Positions 8,658-18,459 of a stretch of 64,000 nt of DNA are shown piece by piece (positions within the stretch are counted from its first letter, which is position 1; each line of letters starts with the position of its first letter). This DNA comes from an uncultured Verrucomicrobiae bacterium. Its GTDB lineage: Bacteria > Verrucomicrobiota > Verrucomicrobiia > Limisphaerales > Palsa-1400. Position numbers and translations under genes: made by a program. The notes beneath the pieces are model-generated. The model saw only the letters and a list, made by a program, of their open reading frames with translations. It ran no database searches and had not been told where the DNA came from. The DNA is taken from contig CAVXRD010000002.1 of NCBI GenBank assembly GCA_963764165.1, positions 576,001 through 640,000 on the forward strand, in the 5' to 3' direction.

Positions 8658-10941
8658 CCTGGCAGGCAGGGGACCGACCCGAGCCGTTTAACTTCTGGCG
8701 GTAAAGCATAAAGGCGAATGTCCCCAATGCGACGGCCAAACCAGCCAAACCCAGGCCGATCACAAAAGGTTTGCGCGCGACCAAGTTCAAATCGACCAGC
8801 AGGTAACTGCCAAAGCCGCAGCCAGCCAAACCGCCAACGAGCATTCTCCAGCGGGAATGGAACGGAGCCAAAACCAGGAATAACACCGCGGCGCTCAAGT
8901 AACAGGCGACGTCCACCCTTGCCAAGGGGTCTGTGCGGTGAGATAAGGCATTGGCGAAAAGCGCCGTCAAAATATGGATAAGGGCCAAAAACTCCAGCCA
9001 TTTGCCCGCCCGCCGCTGATCCAGGCTGCTGGACTTCTCGGTCAATAATGTCAGTGTCAAAAACAAAAACCCATTCAGAACCACGGAGAAGGCGCGCAAT
9101 CGATCCTGATCGAAGTAGGGCGACATGCGGGCTGTCACGCCGAGCATCTGCAATGTCGGCCCGTTGTAGGCGATGACGTCAAGGGAGCCAACCAAAGCCA
9201 CCAGCGCCGCCGCGCGGTAAGGCATCGTCCAGCGCACTCTTCCTTTCCTTTCAAACTTCAGGCCCGCAAATTCCAAGAGCATGAGAGGCAGGCACCAGAG
9301 CGCCTGGACTTCAGGTTTTTGGTCCAGCCAGTTGAACAGCAGCAGGAAACTCAGGTAACTGGACACAGTTAGAATCGCGGTCGTCCAGGCAAAGCCTGTC
9401 ATTCGCAGGTTGCGAAAGGCCACAAGCGAAACGGCCAGCGCAGCCAGCGATGCCACAAAAACCTGGCTGTTGGTGAAGGTTCCCGGAAAGAGTTGGACGA
9501 CTTTCTCCGGCGCCGATGAAAGCAGGCCCGTTTCCGCCACCAATGCCAGCACGGAGGGCGCAACGGTCAGAACAGCGCCAGCCAGGAAGTTGGCTGCGGC
9601 CAGAGGTTCGCGAAGCCGTCGCGCGGCCTGGCCGGCAACCATCAACGCCAGCGTAAAGCTTGCAGGCAGGAACCATCGCCAAGGCGCGCCGAGTTCAGCT
9701 CGAAGCATCCCCACCGTGAGGACTGTGGCCACGACGCCAAGCCAGACGCCGCTCGACAATACCGTTTGCAAAAGCGTGATTTTCCGCGCGTCCACCAGCC
9801 AATAATCCTCATCCGCCAACAGGCGGCGATGGACGATTTCCAGGGAATCACATTCTTCGCGCGAAATGATTCGCTGGCTTTCCCACGCGCGGGCGTGATG
9901 GGAGTATTCGCTAATGTTCCGCCGAAGCATGTCGTTGTACAACTTCGGCTTCAACCGCGTCGGCTCCCCTGCCAGATACCGGCCCAATTCAATGGCAACG
10001 TCGCGGGCGCTCGGCCTGTCGCCTGGAGTCATGGCAAGGCAGGCCAGGCAAATGGCCTGCAAATCCTCAGGCACCCCCACAGCGGCATCCCGCAAGAACG
10101 GCGGTGGCGTTGTGGCGATGGCTTCGAGCACCGCTGCCGCCGTGTGGCGGGCGTACGCCGGACGCCCCGCAAGCACTCTGAACATCACGCTGCCGAAGGA
10201 GAAAACATCCGACGCCGGAGTTAGCACTTCACCGCGAGCCTGTTCCGGTGAAGCATATAGCGGTGTTCCTTCAAATCCCTTGGCCGCTTCCTTCGGGTGT
10301 TCCAGTGCAACGGCTAGTCCGAAATCGAGAATGCGCGGGCGCAAATCGGGACTGACCATCACATTTTCCGGCTTCAAATCGCGGTGCAAAATTCCGTGCT
10401 CATGCGCCACGGAAAGCCCGCGCGCCACCTCCCGCAATAATCGGGCTTTCTGGCCGAAGTTCAGCTCCGCCGAAGCACGGTCCAGCGGAAACCCTTCCAC
10501 CCGTTCCATGACAATGGCCGGAGGATCTGTTTCGTCCAGGACGGAATAAATCGTAACGATGGCCGGATCGGAAAGGGCGGCAATATGCCGTGCCTCGCTC
10601 AAAATGCGGTTTCGAACTTCAGGATCGGCGCGGCGATGCAATACTTTGATGGCCACCGGCCGGTTGAGCTTTTCGTCATGCGCCGCGTAGACGATCCCGA
10701 GGCTGCCCCGGCCAAGGCGGCCTTCCATTCGAAAGCCCGGCAGTTTTGGCGGTTGCGTTTGGCCAATAGAACCGGAAGGCAGAAAGCGGCCGGCTTGCTC
10801 ATGGGCCTGCAGCAGCGAGCGCACTTCGCCGCGCATTTTGGTGTCGCCCTGTTGAGCCAGAAATGCTTCGCGGGCGGAGCCTGCCGGAAGCTCCAGAGCC
10901 CGGGAAAACAAGCTTTCAATTGTGGCAGCCGCATTGTCCAT
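8605..10941 (-). CDS. Hanks-type Ser/Thr protein kinase with polytopic membrane C-terminal domain
   Basis: GRGSLG, VAIK, HRDLKPEN, DFG, GTPLYASPE; many hydrophobic segments in the C-terminal half; start placed at ATG 10941. Confidence 0.9.
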   Translation of the reverse strand: MDNAAATIESLFSRALELPAGSAREAFLAQQGDTKMRGEVRSLLQAHEQAGRFLPSGSIGQTQPPKLPGFRMEGRLGRGSLGIVYAAHDEKLNRPVAIKVLHRRADPEVRNRILSEARHIAALSDPAIVTIYSVLDETDPPAIVMERVEGFPLDRASAELNFGQKARLLREVARGLSVAHEHGILHRDLKPENVMVSPDLRPRILDFGLAVALEHPKEAAKGFEGTPLYASPEQARGEVLTPASDVFSFGSVMFRVLAGRPAYARHTAAAVLEAIATTPPPFLRDAAVGVPEDLQAICLACLAMTPGDRPSARDVAIELGRYLAGEPTRLKPKLYNDMLRRNISEYSHHARAWESQRIISREECDSLEIVHRRLLADEDYWLVDARKITLLQTVLSSGVWLGVVATVLTVGMLRAELGAPWRWFLPASFTLALMVAGQAARRLREPLAAANFLAGAVLTVAPSVLALVAETGLLSSAPEKVVQLFPGTFTNSQVFVASLAALAVSLVAFRNLRMTGFAWTTAILTVSSYLSFLLLFNWLDQKPEVQALWCLPLMLLEFAGLKFERKGRVRWTMPYRAAALVALVGSLDVIAYNGPTLQMLGVTARMSPYFDQDRLRAFSVVLNGFLFLTLTLLTEKSSSLDQRRAGKWLEFLALIHILTALFANALSHRTDPLARVDVACYLSAAVLFLVLAPFHSRWRMLVGGLAGCGFGSYLLVDLNLVARKPFVIGLGLAGLAVALGTFAFMLYRQKLNGSGRSPACQAVAHPSGSGEAPSRARS

Positions 10942-11416
10942 GACACCGCAGTATGCAGCCGAGCTTAAATCATTTCCCTCAAAAAGAAAGATTCCTCGCT
11001 GTTCAGCGGAATAGCCGGGTGAAAGTCCGGCTTGCGGCAATCCCAAAAGGATTCGCGCCCCTCAAGCAGCAACAACACCGCGCGGCCATTCCGCGGAAAC
11101 ATGCGCCCCTCTTGCTGTTCATTTAACATTTTCTCCTTTGTTTTAGTCAACTAAATAGAAGCAATTCCACATAGGCGGCTCAGGCAATACCCTGATGCTC
11201 CGATGGGACTGGCAAACGACTCTGCGGTAGGCGGTTTTGCGCTTTCCGCCTGAGCCTTTCTTCCGTGTCCATGAACAGGCTTCGCTCCTATTGCGGCTGG
11301 CCGCAGACAGGCGAAGCTATAGGCAAGAAGATCGGACTGGGTAGGAACCCGGTCAAGGCCGAAAGGCCAGAATAAAAAGCAAGTGTTAGTAAATGTCAGT
11401 AATGAAAGGCCAGCAT

Positions 11417-12031
11417 ATGAAAAATTCAAACATTGTTAAAGTTACCGCGTGCGTTGCCACACTTTGTGTGGCCTCCGCAGGCAGTGTCGCCGTGGCGGAT
11501 ACGACCACGAACACCACCACCACAACCCAGGCCACCCAAGTGGTGGCCAAGACCAGCACGCTAGTTGGAACCAAGGTTGAGAATCAGCAAGGCCAGTGCC
11601 TTGGCCGCATCAGCGACATTGTTGTTGATTTCAACAACAATCAGGTGTCCTACTGCGTCTTGAGCGTGAAGCATGGCTTCTTCGCCAAGACCCGCTACAT
11701 TCCAGTCCCGCTGGCGGCTTTCCAGCCCGGCGCCTCTGGGAACACCCTGATCCTCAACGCCAGCAAGGCGAATTTGGCCCAAGCCCGCGGATATGAGAAT
11801 GGCCAATGGCCGTCCTCGATCACCCCGGCTTGGGGCGCTGAACCCGCCCCGACCGTCGAGCTTCCCCCTGTGGAAGTCTTCGGGCCGGAGTACATTCCCA
11901 CGTCTATACCGGTCACGATCACTCACTACGGTGATCCTGCGCTGGGCGGCACGATGCCCCTGCCCCGGACCGCCTCCAACGCGATTGACGAAATGACGGA
12001 TGGAGTCTACAACGGCTTCCCGGTGCGCTGA
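11417..12031 (+). CDS. Exported PRC-barrel domain protein
   Basis: Signal peptide; TLVGTKVENQQGQCLGRISDIVVD...VSYCVLS; GAAAGG upstream of ATG 11417. Confidence 0.85.
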   Translation: MKNSNIVKVTACVATLCVASAGSVAVADTTTNTTTTTQATQVVAKTSTLVGTKVENQQGQCLGRISDIVVDFNNNQVSYCVLSVKHGFFAKTRYIPVPLAAFQPGASGNTLILNASKANLAQARGYENGQWPSSITPAWGAEPAPTVELPPVEVFGPEYIPTSIPVTITHYGDPALGGTMPLPRTASNAIDEMTDGVYNGFPVR

Positions 12032-12049
12032 GCTTAAGAAGATTGACCT

Positions 12050-12113
12050 CTGGCGAACCTGCTTGGGTTCGCCAGGAGGGCTGGCAAGGCCTGGCAGAAC
12101 GAGTTCTGCCAGG
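12050..12113. terminator. Two tandem hairpins downstream of the PRC-barrel gene
   Basis: CTGGCGAACC/GGTTCGCCAG and CCTGGCAGAAC/GTTCTGCCAGG stems; no strong U-tract. Confidence 0.45.
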
Positions 12114-12345
12114 TCGCTTGCTTTTGCACTAGGGCGCGCCACTCACGCACGGCTTCTTTGGCATCAGGGATTCTCATCCTAAGCTGACCCCACCCCGCTG
12201 GGATTTTCGAGCGCCTCAAGCTGCCACGCCATGCGGCTATTCCACGGAAAACAGCGGGGCGCCCAAAGAAAGATTTTTGATCCCTTCCTTGCGCCTTTCT
12301 CGCTTGAGATCGATGAAGGGCAAATGCCCGCGAAAGAAATAAGCT

Positions 12346-13032
12346 ATGAAACGTTGGGCTATAATCGTTGCGCTCCTATATGCGTTTATGCTGGCGGTGT
12401 TGGCGCTGCCGGTTGTTTGCATGGCGGGATTCGATCATGCCAATTGGAAGATCGAGGACTTCTTCGAACTGTGCCGAACATGGCAGTGGTGGCTCTGGCT
12501 GGCATTGATGGGTGCGGCTCAACTGGCCCTGCTAGCGGTGCCAGTCCGATTCGCCAGCAGACGGCCAATGACACGCCGGCCGCTCGCGATAACCGTAGTC
12601 ACATCGGCCTTGATGATGGGAGCGCTGGGCGCTGGCGCATTATGCTCTCTTTGCGAAGCCATATTTGGCGAGCGGTCTCTCGCCGACGACACGCGCCTAG
12701 GCGCATTTAGCTCGTGGGGGCCGCTGATCCTGGGCCTGGCCGGATGGATTATTTGGGCCTGGATATTTTTGCGCATGAGCCGAGCCTCCGACACCCAGGA
12801 TTTTATCGCGCGCCAAGGCAAATGGCTTTTGAAGGGAAGCATCGCCGAATTGCTGGTCGCAGTGCCAACTCACATCGTCGCCCGGTCTCGCGATTATTGC
12901 TGCGCCGGGATAATGACTTTCATTGGCCTGACGCTCGGGCTTTCGGTTCTGCTTTTTTCATTCGGCCCCGGCGTCTTCTTCCTCTTCGTTGCCCGCTGGC
13001 GGCAGCTTCATCCAGAGGCATCCCGCCCATGA
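12346..13032 (+). CDS. Hypothetical integral membrane protein
   Basis: About six hydrophobic segments; HIVARSRDYCCAG motif. Confidence 0.75.
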   Translation: MKRWAIIVALLYAFMLAVLALPVVCMAGFDHANWKIEDFFELCRTWQWWLWLALMGAAQLALLAVPVRFASRRPMTRRPLAITVVTSALMMGALGAGALCSLCEAIFGERSLADDTRLGAFSSWGPLILGLAGWIIWAWIFLRMSRASDTQDFIARQGKWLLKGSIAELLVAVPTHIVARSRDYCCAGIMTFIGLTLGLSVLLFSFGPGVFFLFVARWRQLHPEASRP

Positions 13033-13153
13033 ATCCCCGGCGGGATGCCGGAAAACTTTTAAATTTTTTGACACGATCCCGTCGAAAACTTCGCTTCTAT
13101 TAGCGGAGACCCGTGAAGTCTCGCTCGAAATAACAATTAACAAATCTTGAAGT

Positions 13154-16100
13154 ATGAATTTGATGCCCTCCAAGAAGGAAATAGCGCTCTTCTCGCTTCT
13201 TTTGGCCGTGATAACCCAAGGGGTGGCCCAGCCGGTTGTCCTGACCAACATTCCCGTATCCTCTGGAAGCCTGGCGGCGGTTAATCCGGCGCTGAACCGA
13301 ATTTATATTTCTGCCGGCGATAACAACTCACCACAGACCCTGGTAATCGACGGGGTAACATTCAATCAAATCACCGTGCTGGCGGGCTGGGGTGCGGGAG
13401 TGGATTTGGACAACAACGATGTCTGGACGGCAAATGTCTACGCAGGGACCGTCACGCCATGGAATAGCAGCGATGTGTCTCTCGGGAGTGTGCAGTTGGC
13501 GGATTGTCCGATTGCTATCGGCGTGGATTCTCCCCATCGGGTGGTGTGGGTCGGGGCGCAATGCGGCGGAGGCAACGATCCGCTCTGGGCCATCGACGCG
13601 GACACGGACGCGATTATCGATGGACCCATTTCCAGCGGCGGCGTGCAAGGCCCTGTGTTGGTGAATCCGGCAACGGGCCTGGTCTACATCGCGCCCAGCG
13701 GAGTTCCCGAAGAGATTAACCCCACGAATTTTGCGGTCACGTCCACCGCTTTCGGGCCTGTATTGGCGGTCAACGCGGCGGTCAACCTTCTCTACGCGCC
13801 AAACTCCGGAACCAACCTTCAAATCATCAATGGCACCTATCCCGAGACGGTTCTAACCAATGTCGCCCTGCCCTTTTCATTTAGCCCGAATATTGGCGTC
13901 AATCCGGTTCTCAACCGCATTTATGCGGGCAATAGCGGATCGAACACGGTCGTCATCCTCAACGCCACCACCGGCCAATACGAGGGAAGCATTTCTTTGG
14001 GCGCCGGTGTCACGAGCGTGCAAGCCGTATTGGCGGACGACGTCCGCAGCCGCGTCTATGCCACGGCCATCGTTGGGGGGAGTCCCATGCTTTATGTTAT
14101 ACAAGACTCCATTGTTGAAGGCGGCGTCTGGACGGAGAAAAGCGCTCTTCCAGCCGGCGCCAATTTTCCGGTGGCCGCTTCGGTGAATGGAATGGCTTAT
14201 GTGATGGGCGGATTTAATGGCTCCCCTCTCTCCAGCTTCTATAGCTACAACCCGCTGTCTAACACTTGGACTACCCTGCCGCCCATGCCGGGCGGCCGCT
14301 ACCAAATGGACGGCGCCGGCGTCATTGGCAGCAAAATATATGTCGCAGGGGGCTGGACCATTTCTCCACCGCTGCCGAATAACAATCTATGGGTTTATGA
14401 CACCGTGGCCAATTCATGGAGCTCCACCAATGCACAAATGCCGTTGTTGAGCGCCGACGGCGCGGGCGGAGTCATTAGCAACAAATACTATGTGACAACG
14501 TCTGACGATGGTTACGACGGCTATTATAACTTCTTGCATGTTTACGATCCGTCTCTCGACACTTGGACGCAATTGGCCGGCTCCCCTGTCCCCCATTCGC
14601 AGCCCGGTTATGGCGTTATCGGGAGCAAATTGTACGTCGCGGGCGGAAACGATGGCTCGGCCAATTCAACTCAGTTGGACGTCTACGACCCCGCCTCAGA
14701 CACATGGACGACCAAGTCGCCCATGTCCACTCCAAGATCTGGTTGCGGCAGCGCTGTTCTCAACGGAAAACTTTATGTCTTCGGCGGCTATGATGGAACC
14801 AACTACCTGAGCAGCATGGAATCCTATGATCCCAAAAGCGATAGCTGGACCACGGAAGCCCCAATGCTCACCCCGACCGATGGCGCCGCAGGGGCCAATG
14901 TGAACGGAGTCATTTATGCCATCGGAGGAAGTGACAGCGTGCAAACTCTTTCCAGCAACGAAGCCTTTGCCACCTTGAATATCTCCCTCGTCTCCATCAA
15001 CGATCCTGTCATGAAGAATCCGGCACAAATCGCAAGCGACGGCATTAACTTGTATGTCTCGGGCGTGGGCACAAACAATAACCAGTGCATTTTCCGCGTG
15101 CCCATAAGCGGGGGTCCCGCCGCCATCGTTTATAATGCATTAAATCCCTGGCAGGTTGCGGTGATTGGAACCAATTTGTTTTGGATTGATCCAAACGCGG
15201 GCCCTGTTGGCGACACCGAGATTCTGCGCGGATCCACGACTGGCACCGCGCCGCTCGCGCCCATTTATGTCGGCGAGCAGGTTGGGCAACCTATTGTGGA
15301 TGGCGTTGGTCTGACAACCGACGGTTCGGAACTCTACGCGGCCGATGAAGTGGATGGAACCGTTTGGCGCCTCAACCCGGACGGCAGCGGGCTGACCCAG
15401 CTAGGCCCGCAACGTTATTCAGGCTACTTCTCCACAGAGCATGTGAATACAATCGCAGATTATCAAGGGGTTCTTTATGTCGCGGATTCTGGCAAGGCTG
15501 GCGTGGATAGCCCGCAAGTCCTTAGCATCGCCACCAATGGCTCGTCGTTTGCGACTCTAGCTTCCGGCGCGCCGTTCGTCAGTCCAGGCAGCATCGCTGT
15601 TGGCAATGGCATGATTTATATCGCCGACGAAGGCGCAACGAACACCATTTGGCAGATGCCCATCTCTGGGGGCGCCCCGACTCCGCTTGTTTCCGGGCCG
15701 CCTTTCGTGTCAATCGCGGGGCTTGCCTACGTGAATGGCACGCTTTTTGTCGCAGATTATGTCGGGGATGCTATATATGCCATCAATCTGCCACAACCCG
15801 CCATTTCCGCCGAACCAGCCAATAGCACTGCCACCAGCGGCGGCTCGACCACGCTGACGGTCGGCGTGGCCGGAAACGGCCCTTTCAGCTATCAATGGCA
15901 ATTGAACGGGGCGAATATTGCGGGAGCAACCAATGCGACACTGGCCATCTCCGGCTTCTCCGACGCCAACGCCGGACTCTACACGGTTACTGTTAACAAC
16001 GCGTGGGGCAGCGTGACCAGCGCGCCAGTCAGCGTGGCCGGCGTCGATATCAAGATGCTCGCCACCGTGGTTATTAACGGCTTCCCAGGACTGACCTACA

Positions 16101-16240
16101 GCGTCCAATCCACCGCTTCTCTTTCGGGGAATTGGACTACGCTGACAAATTTGACTTTGGAATCGAGTCCGACTCTTTACGTGGATTACACGTCCCTTAC
16201 CAATTCCCATCAATTCTACCGTGTTGTGCCGATTCCATAG
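13154..16240 (+). CDS. Secreted multi-propeller protein (YVTN-like propeller, Kelch propeller, third propeller, Ig domain, C-terminal FYR domain)
   Basis: Signal peptide; AVNPALNRIY repeats; Kelch repeats (KIYVAGG, VYDP..TWT); Ig motif YQWQLNG...AGLYTV. Confidence 0.88.
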   Translation: MNLMPSKKEIALFSLLLAVITQGVAQPVVLTNIPVSSGSLAAVNPALNRIYISAGDNNSPQTLVIDGVTFNQITVLAGWGAGVDLDNNDVWTANVYAGTVTPWNSSDVSLGSVQLADCPIAIGVDSPHRVVWVGAQCGGGNDPLWAIDADTDAIIDGPISSGGVQGPVLVNPATGLVYIAPSGVPEEINPTNFAVTSTAFGPVLAVNAAVNLLYAPNSGTNLQIINGTYPETVLTNVALPFSFSPNIGVNPVLNRIYAGNSGSNTVVILNATTGQYEGSISLGAGVTSVQAVLADDVRSRVYATAIVGGSPMLYVIQDSIVEGGVWTEKSALPAGANFPVAASVNGMAYVMGGFNGSPLSSFYSYNPLSNTWTTLPPMPGGRYQMDGAGVIGSKIYVAGGWTISPPLPNNNLWVYDTVANSWSSTNAQMPLLSADGAGGVISNKYYVTTSDDGYDGYYNFLHVYDPSLDTWTQLAGSPVPHSQPGYGVIGSKLYVAGGNDGSANSTQLDVYDPASDTWTTKSPMSTPRSGCGSAVLNGKLYVFGGYDGTNYLSSMESYDPKSDSWTTEAPMLTPTDGAAGANVNGVIYAIGGSDSVQTLSSNEAFATLNISLVSINDPVMKNPAQIASDGINLYVSGVGTNNNQCIFRVPISGGPAAIVYNALNPWQVAVIGTNLFWIDPNAGPVGDTEILRGSTTGTAPLAPIYVGEQVGQPIVDGVGLTTDGSELYAADEVDGTVWRLNPDGSGLTQLGPQRYSGYFSTEHVNTIADYQGVLYVADSGKAGVDSPQVLSIATNGSSFATLASGAPFVSPGSIAVGNGMIYIADEGATNTIWQMPISGGAPTPLVSGPPFVSIAGLAYVNGTLFVADYVGDAIYAINLPQPAISAEPANSTATSGGSTTLTVGVAGNGPFSYQWQLNGANIAGATNATLAISGFSDANAGLYTVTVNNAWGSVTSAPVSVAGVDIKMLATVVINGFPGLTYSVQSTASLSGNWTTLTNLTLESSPTLYVDYTSLTNSHQFYRVVPIP

Positions 16241-16290
16241 CGGCAAGCGGAGATCGACTTAATGACGAAGCCATATATCGAAAATAAAAA

Positions 16291-17424
16291 ATGAGAGCAA
16301 TTATCTTAACTATGGCGGCAATAGGCGCATCAGCCGGCCTCCTTTGCGCCGGGCCGCTTGATTCCTGGACGAGCCGCAGTTCGGGAGCCGCCAACGTACT
16401 TTATGGGGCCACTTTTGCCAATGGCACTTTCGTGACGGTAGGGGATTCTGGAACGCTGCTAACCTCGCAGGATGGCATTAATTGGACGAACCAAAACATC
16501 GGGAACCCGAATATCGGCGCTGGCATCACCTACGACGGCAGCCTCTGGGTAGCATCGGGTTTTGGAGGCGCCATTATGACTTCCACAGATTTGCATTCGT
16601 GGGCGCCGCAAAATTCCGGGACCACCAATTTGCTTTTAAAGCTTCGTTATGTTAATGGGATGCTTGTCTCGGTCGGACAAAACGGCACCATCTTAACCTC
16701 CGCCAACGCCACGAACTGGACCAGCCAAAATTCTGGCACAGCCACTCAACTCCAAGGCATCGCCTACGCCAATGGAACTTTTGTGGTCGTTGGGCAAAGC
16801 GGCGTCATCCTAAGTTCCCCCGATGCTGTCACATGGACAGCCAGGGTTTCGGGGATTTCGGGGGATTTGACCGGTGTCGTTTTTGGCAATGGCCTGTTTG
16901 TGGCGTCCGGAAATAACGCCCCGAGCGGAGGCGGCACGATCCTTACTTCGCCGGAAGGAATCAATTGGACGAAACAAAATTCCCAAGCGCCGAATGAACT
17001 CAGTGGCATCACTTTTGCCAACGGCATATTTGTCGCGGTAGGCAGCGCGGGCGGGCCGCATCAAAATATTGACACCTCGCCGGATGGAACAAATTGGACG
17101 CTGCGAAGCTCGGGACTCGGCCCAAGCCTGTATAGCGCCGCGTTTGGGGCTGGCACTTTTGTCGCAGTGGGCGGCGCCACTTCCGGCGCCATCCTTCAAT
17201 CCGGGAGCACCTCCCTGACCATTATCCAGCCCGAACTGGCGGCAGGCTCGTTTACGGGCACTATTAACAATGGTGTCGGGCAGAAATCCGTTGTGCAGGC
17301 GTCGACTAATCTAACAGATTGGCTGGACATCGTTACCAACCTCAGCACTCCTTCAACATCCTCCTTTCAAGACACCAACGCGGGCGTTCTCCAGCACCGG
17401 TTTTACCGCGCGGTGGCGCCGTGA
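16291..17424 (+). CDS. Secreted BNR-like beta-propeller protein with C-terminal FYR domain
   Basis: Signal peptide; repeated ANGxFVxVG..G.ILTS.DG.NWT units. Confidence 0.85.
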   Translation: MRAIILTMAAIGASAGLLCAGPLDSWTSRSSGAANVLYGATFANGTFVTVGDSGTLLTSQDGINWTNQNIGNPNIGAGITYDGSLWVASGFGGAIMTSTDLHSWAPQNSGTTNLLLKLRYVNGMLVSVGQNGTILTSANATNWTSQNSGTATQLQGIAYANGTFVVVGQSGVILSSPDAVTWTARVSGISGDLTGVVFGNGLFVASGNNAPSGGGTILTSPEGINWTKQNSQAPNELSGITFANGIFVAVGSAGGPHQNIDTSPDGTNWTLRSSGLGPSLYSAAFGAGTFVAVGGATSGAILQSGSTSLTIIQPELAAGSFTGTINNGVGQKSVVQASTNLTDWLDIVTNLSTPSTSSFQDTNAGVLQHRFYRAVAP

Positions 17425-17936
17425 TCTTTTTCTGACAGCGCTTCCTTCCGCAGCTTTTTCGCAATCAGCCAATCAAGCGAGAAGGCGCCGGGGCCGAAGC
17501 AGAAGACAATGACCGCGGCGAGCATGAAAAGGAACGGGGCCGCGCTGACGAATTTGTCCGGATCATCGAAGAGGTGTTTGACAGAGTCAATGTCCGCTGT
17601 CAAATAGGCGATGGTCATGGTAAAAATCAACGGGATCGAGACAAGGCGCGAGCCAAGCCCCGCCAGCAGCAGCAGGCCGCCAAAGCATTCGGTTCCCCCC
17701 GCCAGATAAACATTGAACTTTGGAAACGGGATGTGAAGACGCTGGAAGAATTCGGTTTTGCCGGGGATATCCATCAGCTTCCCCTTGCCGGTCTCGAAGA
17801 ATTGCCAGCCCCAATACAAGCGGATGGCGAGCAAGAGCGGCGATTGCAGCGATTCCCCTGCCCTGACAAGCAATCGGTAGCTCCGGCGGAGGATGCAGGT
17901 TTCGCATTTTTCGGCGGCTTTGGCGGTTTGTTCCAT
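17403..17936 (-). CDS. DoxX-family membrane protein
   Basis: LLLAIRLYWGWQFFETGKGK, TECFGGLLLLAGLGSR, GPGAFSLD. Confidence 0.9.
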   Translation of the reverse strand: MEQTAKAAEKCETCILRRSYRLLVRAGESLQSPLLLAIRLYWGWQFFETGKGKLMDIPGKTEFFQRLHIPFPKFNVYLAGGTECFGGLLLLAGLGSRLVSIPLIFTMTIAYLTADIDSVKHLFDDPDKFVSAAPFLFMLAAVIVFCFGPGAFSLDWLIAKKLRKEALSEKDHGATAR

Positions 17937-17991
17937 ATTGTCCTAAAGGCAGAATGTCAAAATGAGGCAAAGCATGTCAACCGAACGGGCC

Positions 17992-18055
17992 GGCAGGGCG
18001 ACGCTCCTGCGGAGCCTTCCCCGCAAAGACGGCCCGGCGGGAGCCTCGCCCTGCC
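17992..18055. repeat. REP doublet, family B
   Basis: GGCAGGGCGACGCTCCTGCGGAGCC (17992-18016) and inverted GGCCCGGCGGGAGCCTCGCCCTGCC (18031-18055). Confidence 0.75.
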
Positions 18056-18071
18056 AAGATTTGCTCGATCA

Positions 18072-18323
18072 TTAAGCCGCTTTGCAGCCGCCTTTGCCCT
18101 TGCAGCTATTCTTCCCCTTGCAGCCCATGTCGCCGGAGTTGCAGCCGCCCTGGCCTTTGCAGCTATTCATGCCTTTGCAATCGTGCTTGGCGCTCGCCGA
18201 TCCAGATGACGCGGCGGCCTTGCCGGAATCGTCGCTCGAACTGCAGCCGGCCAATCCCATCGTGCCCGCAACCATTCCGGCCACTGCGGCACTAATCATC
18301 AATGTTCTTGCTGTTCTTGTCAT
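18072..18323 (-). CDS. Cys-rich lipoprotein, bufferin (BufA2)-like peptide
   Basis: 83 aa from ATG 18323; lipobox LAGC; two CKGxNSCKGxGGC repeats; adjacent to DoxX and an ECF sigma. Confidence 0.8.
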   Translation of the reverse strand: MTRTARTLMISAAVAGMVAGTMGLAGCSSSDDSGKAAASSGSASAKHDCKGMNSCKGQGGCNSGDMGCKGKNSCKGKGGCKAA

Positions 18324-18414
18324 AATATCTGTTTGTTTGATTCTGCGTTTTATTTGACTCGCCGAACTTTTCCTGGCACGGCCCATTGCCGTGAAACCGA
18401 TGTGTTCGACGCCT

Positions 18415-18444
18415 GTTCGTCGCGGCTGCAGCAGAAACCTTACA
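18415..18444 (-). promoter_or_regulatory. Putative ECF promoter for the Cys-rich peptide and doxX
   Basis: TGTAAGG-N14-GCGACGAAC on the minus strand. Confidence 0.7.
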
Positions 18445-18459
18445 AGGACCTTTGGAAAT

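Noticed and set aside
11205..11260. Possible c-di-GMP-I riboswitch or hammerhead (GGCAAAC, CTGATG)
   Set aside because: The required downstream GAAA-loop/GACGCAAA and CUGANGA core elements are missing
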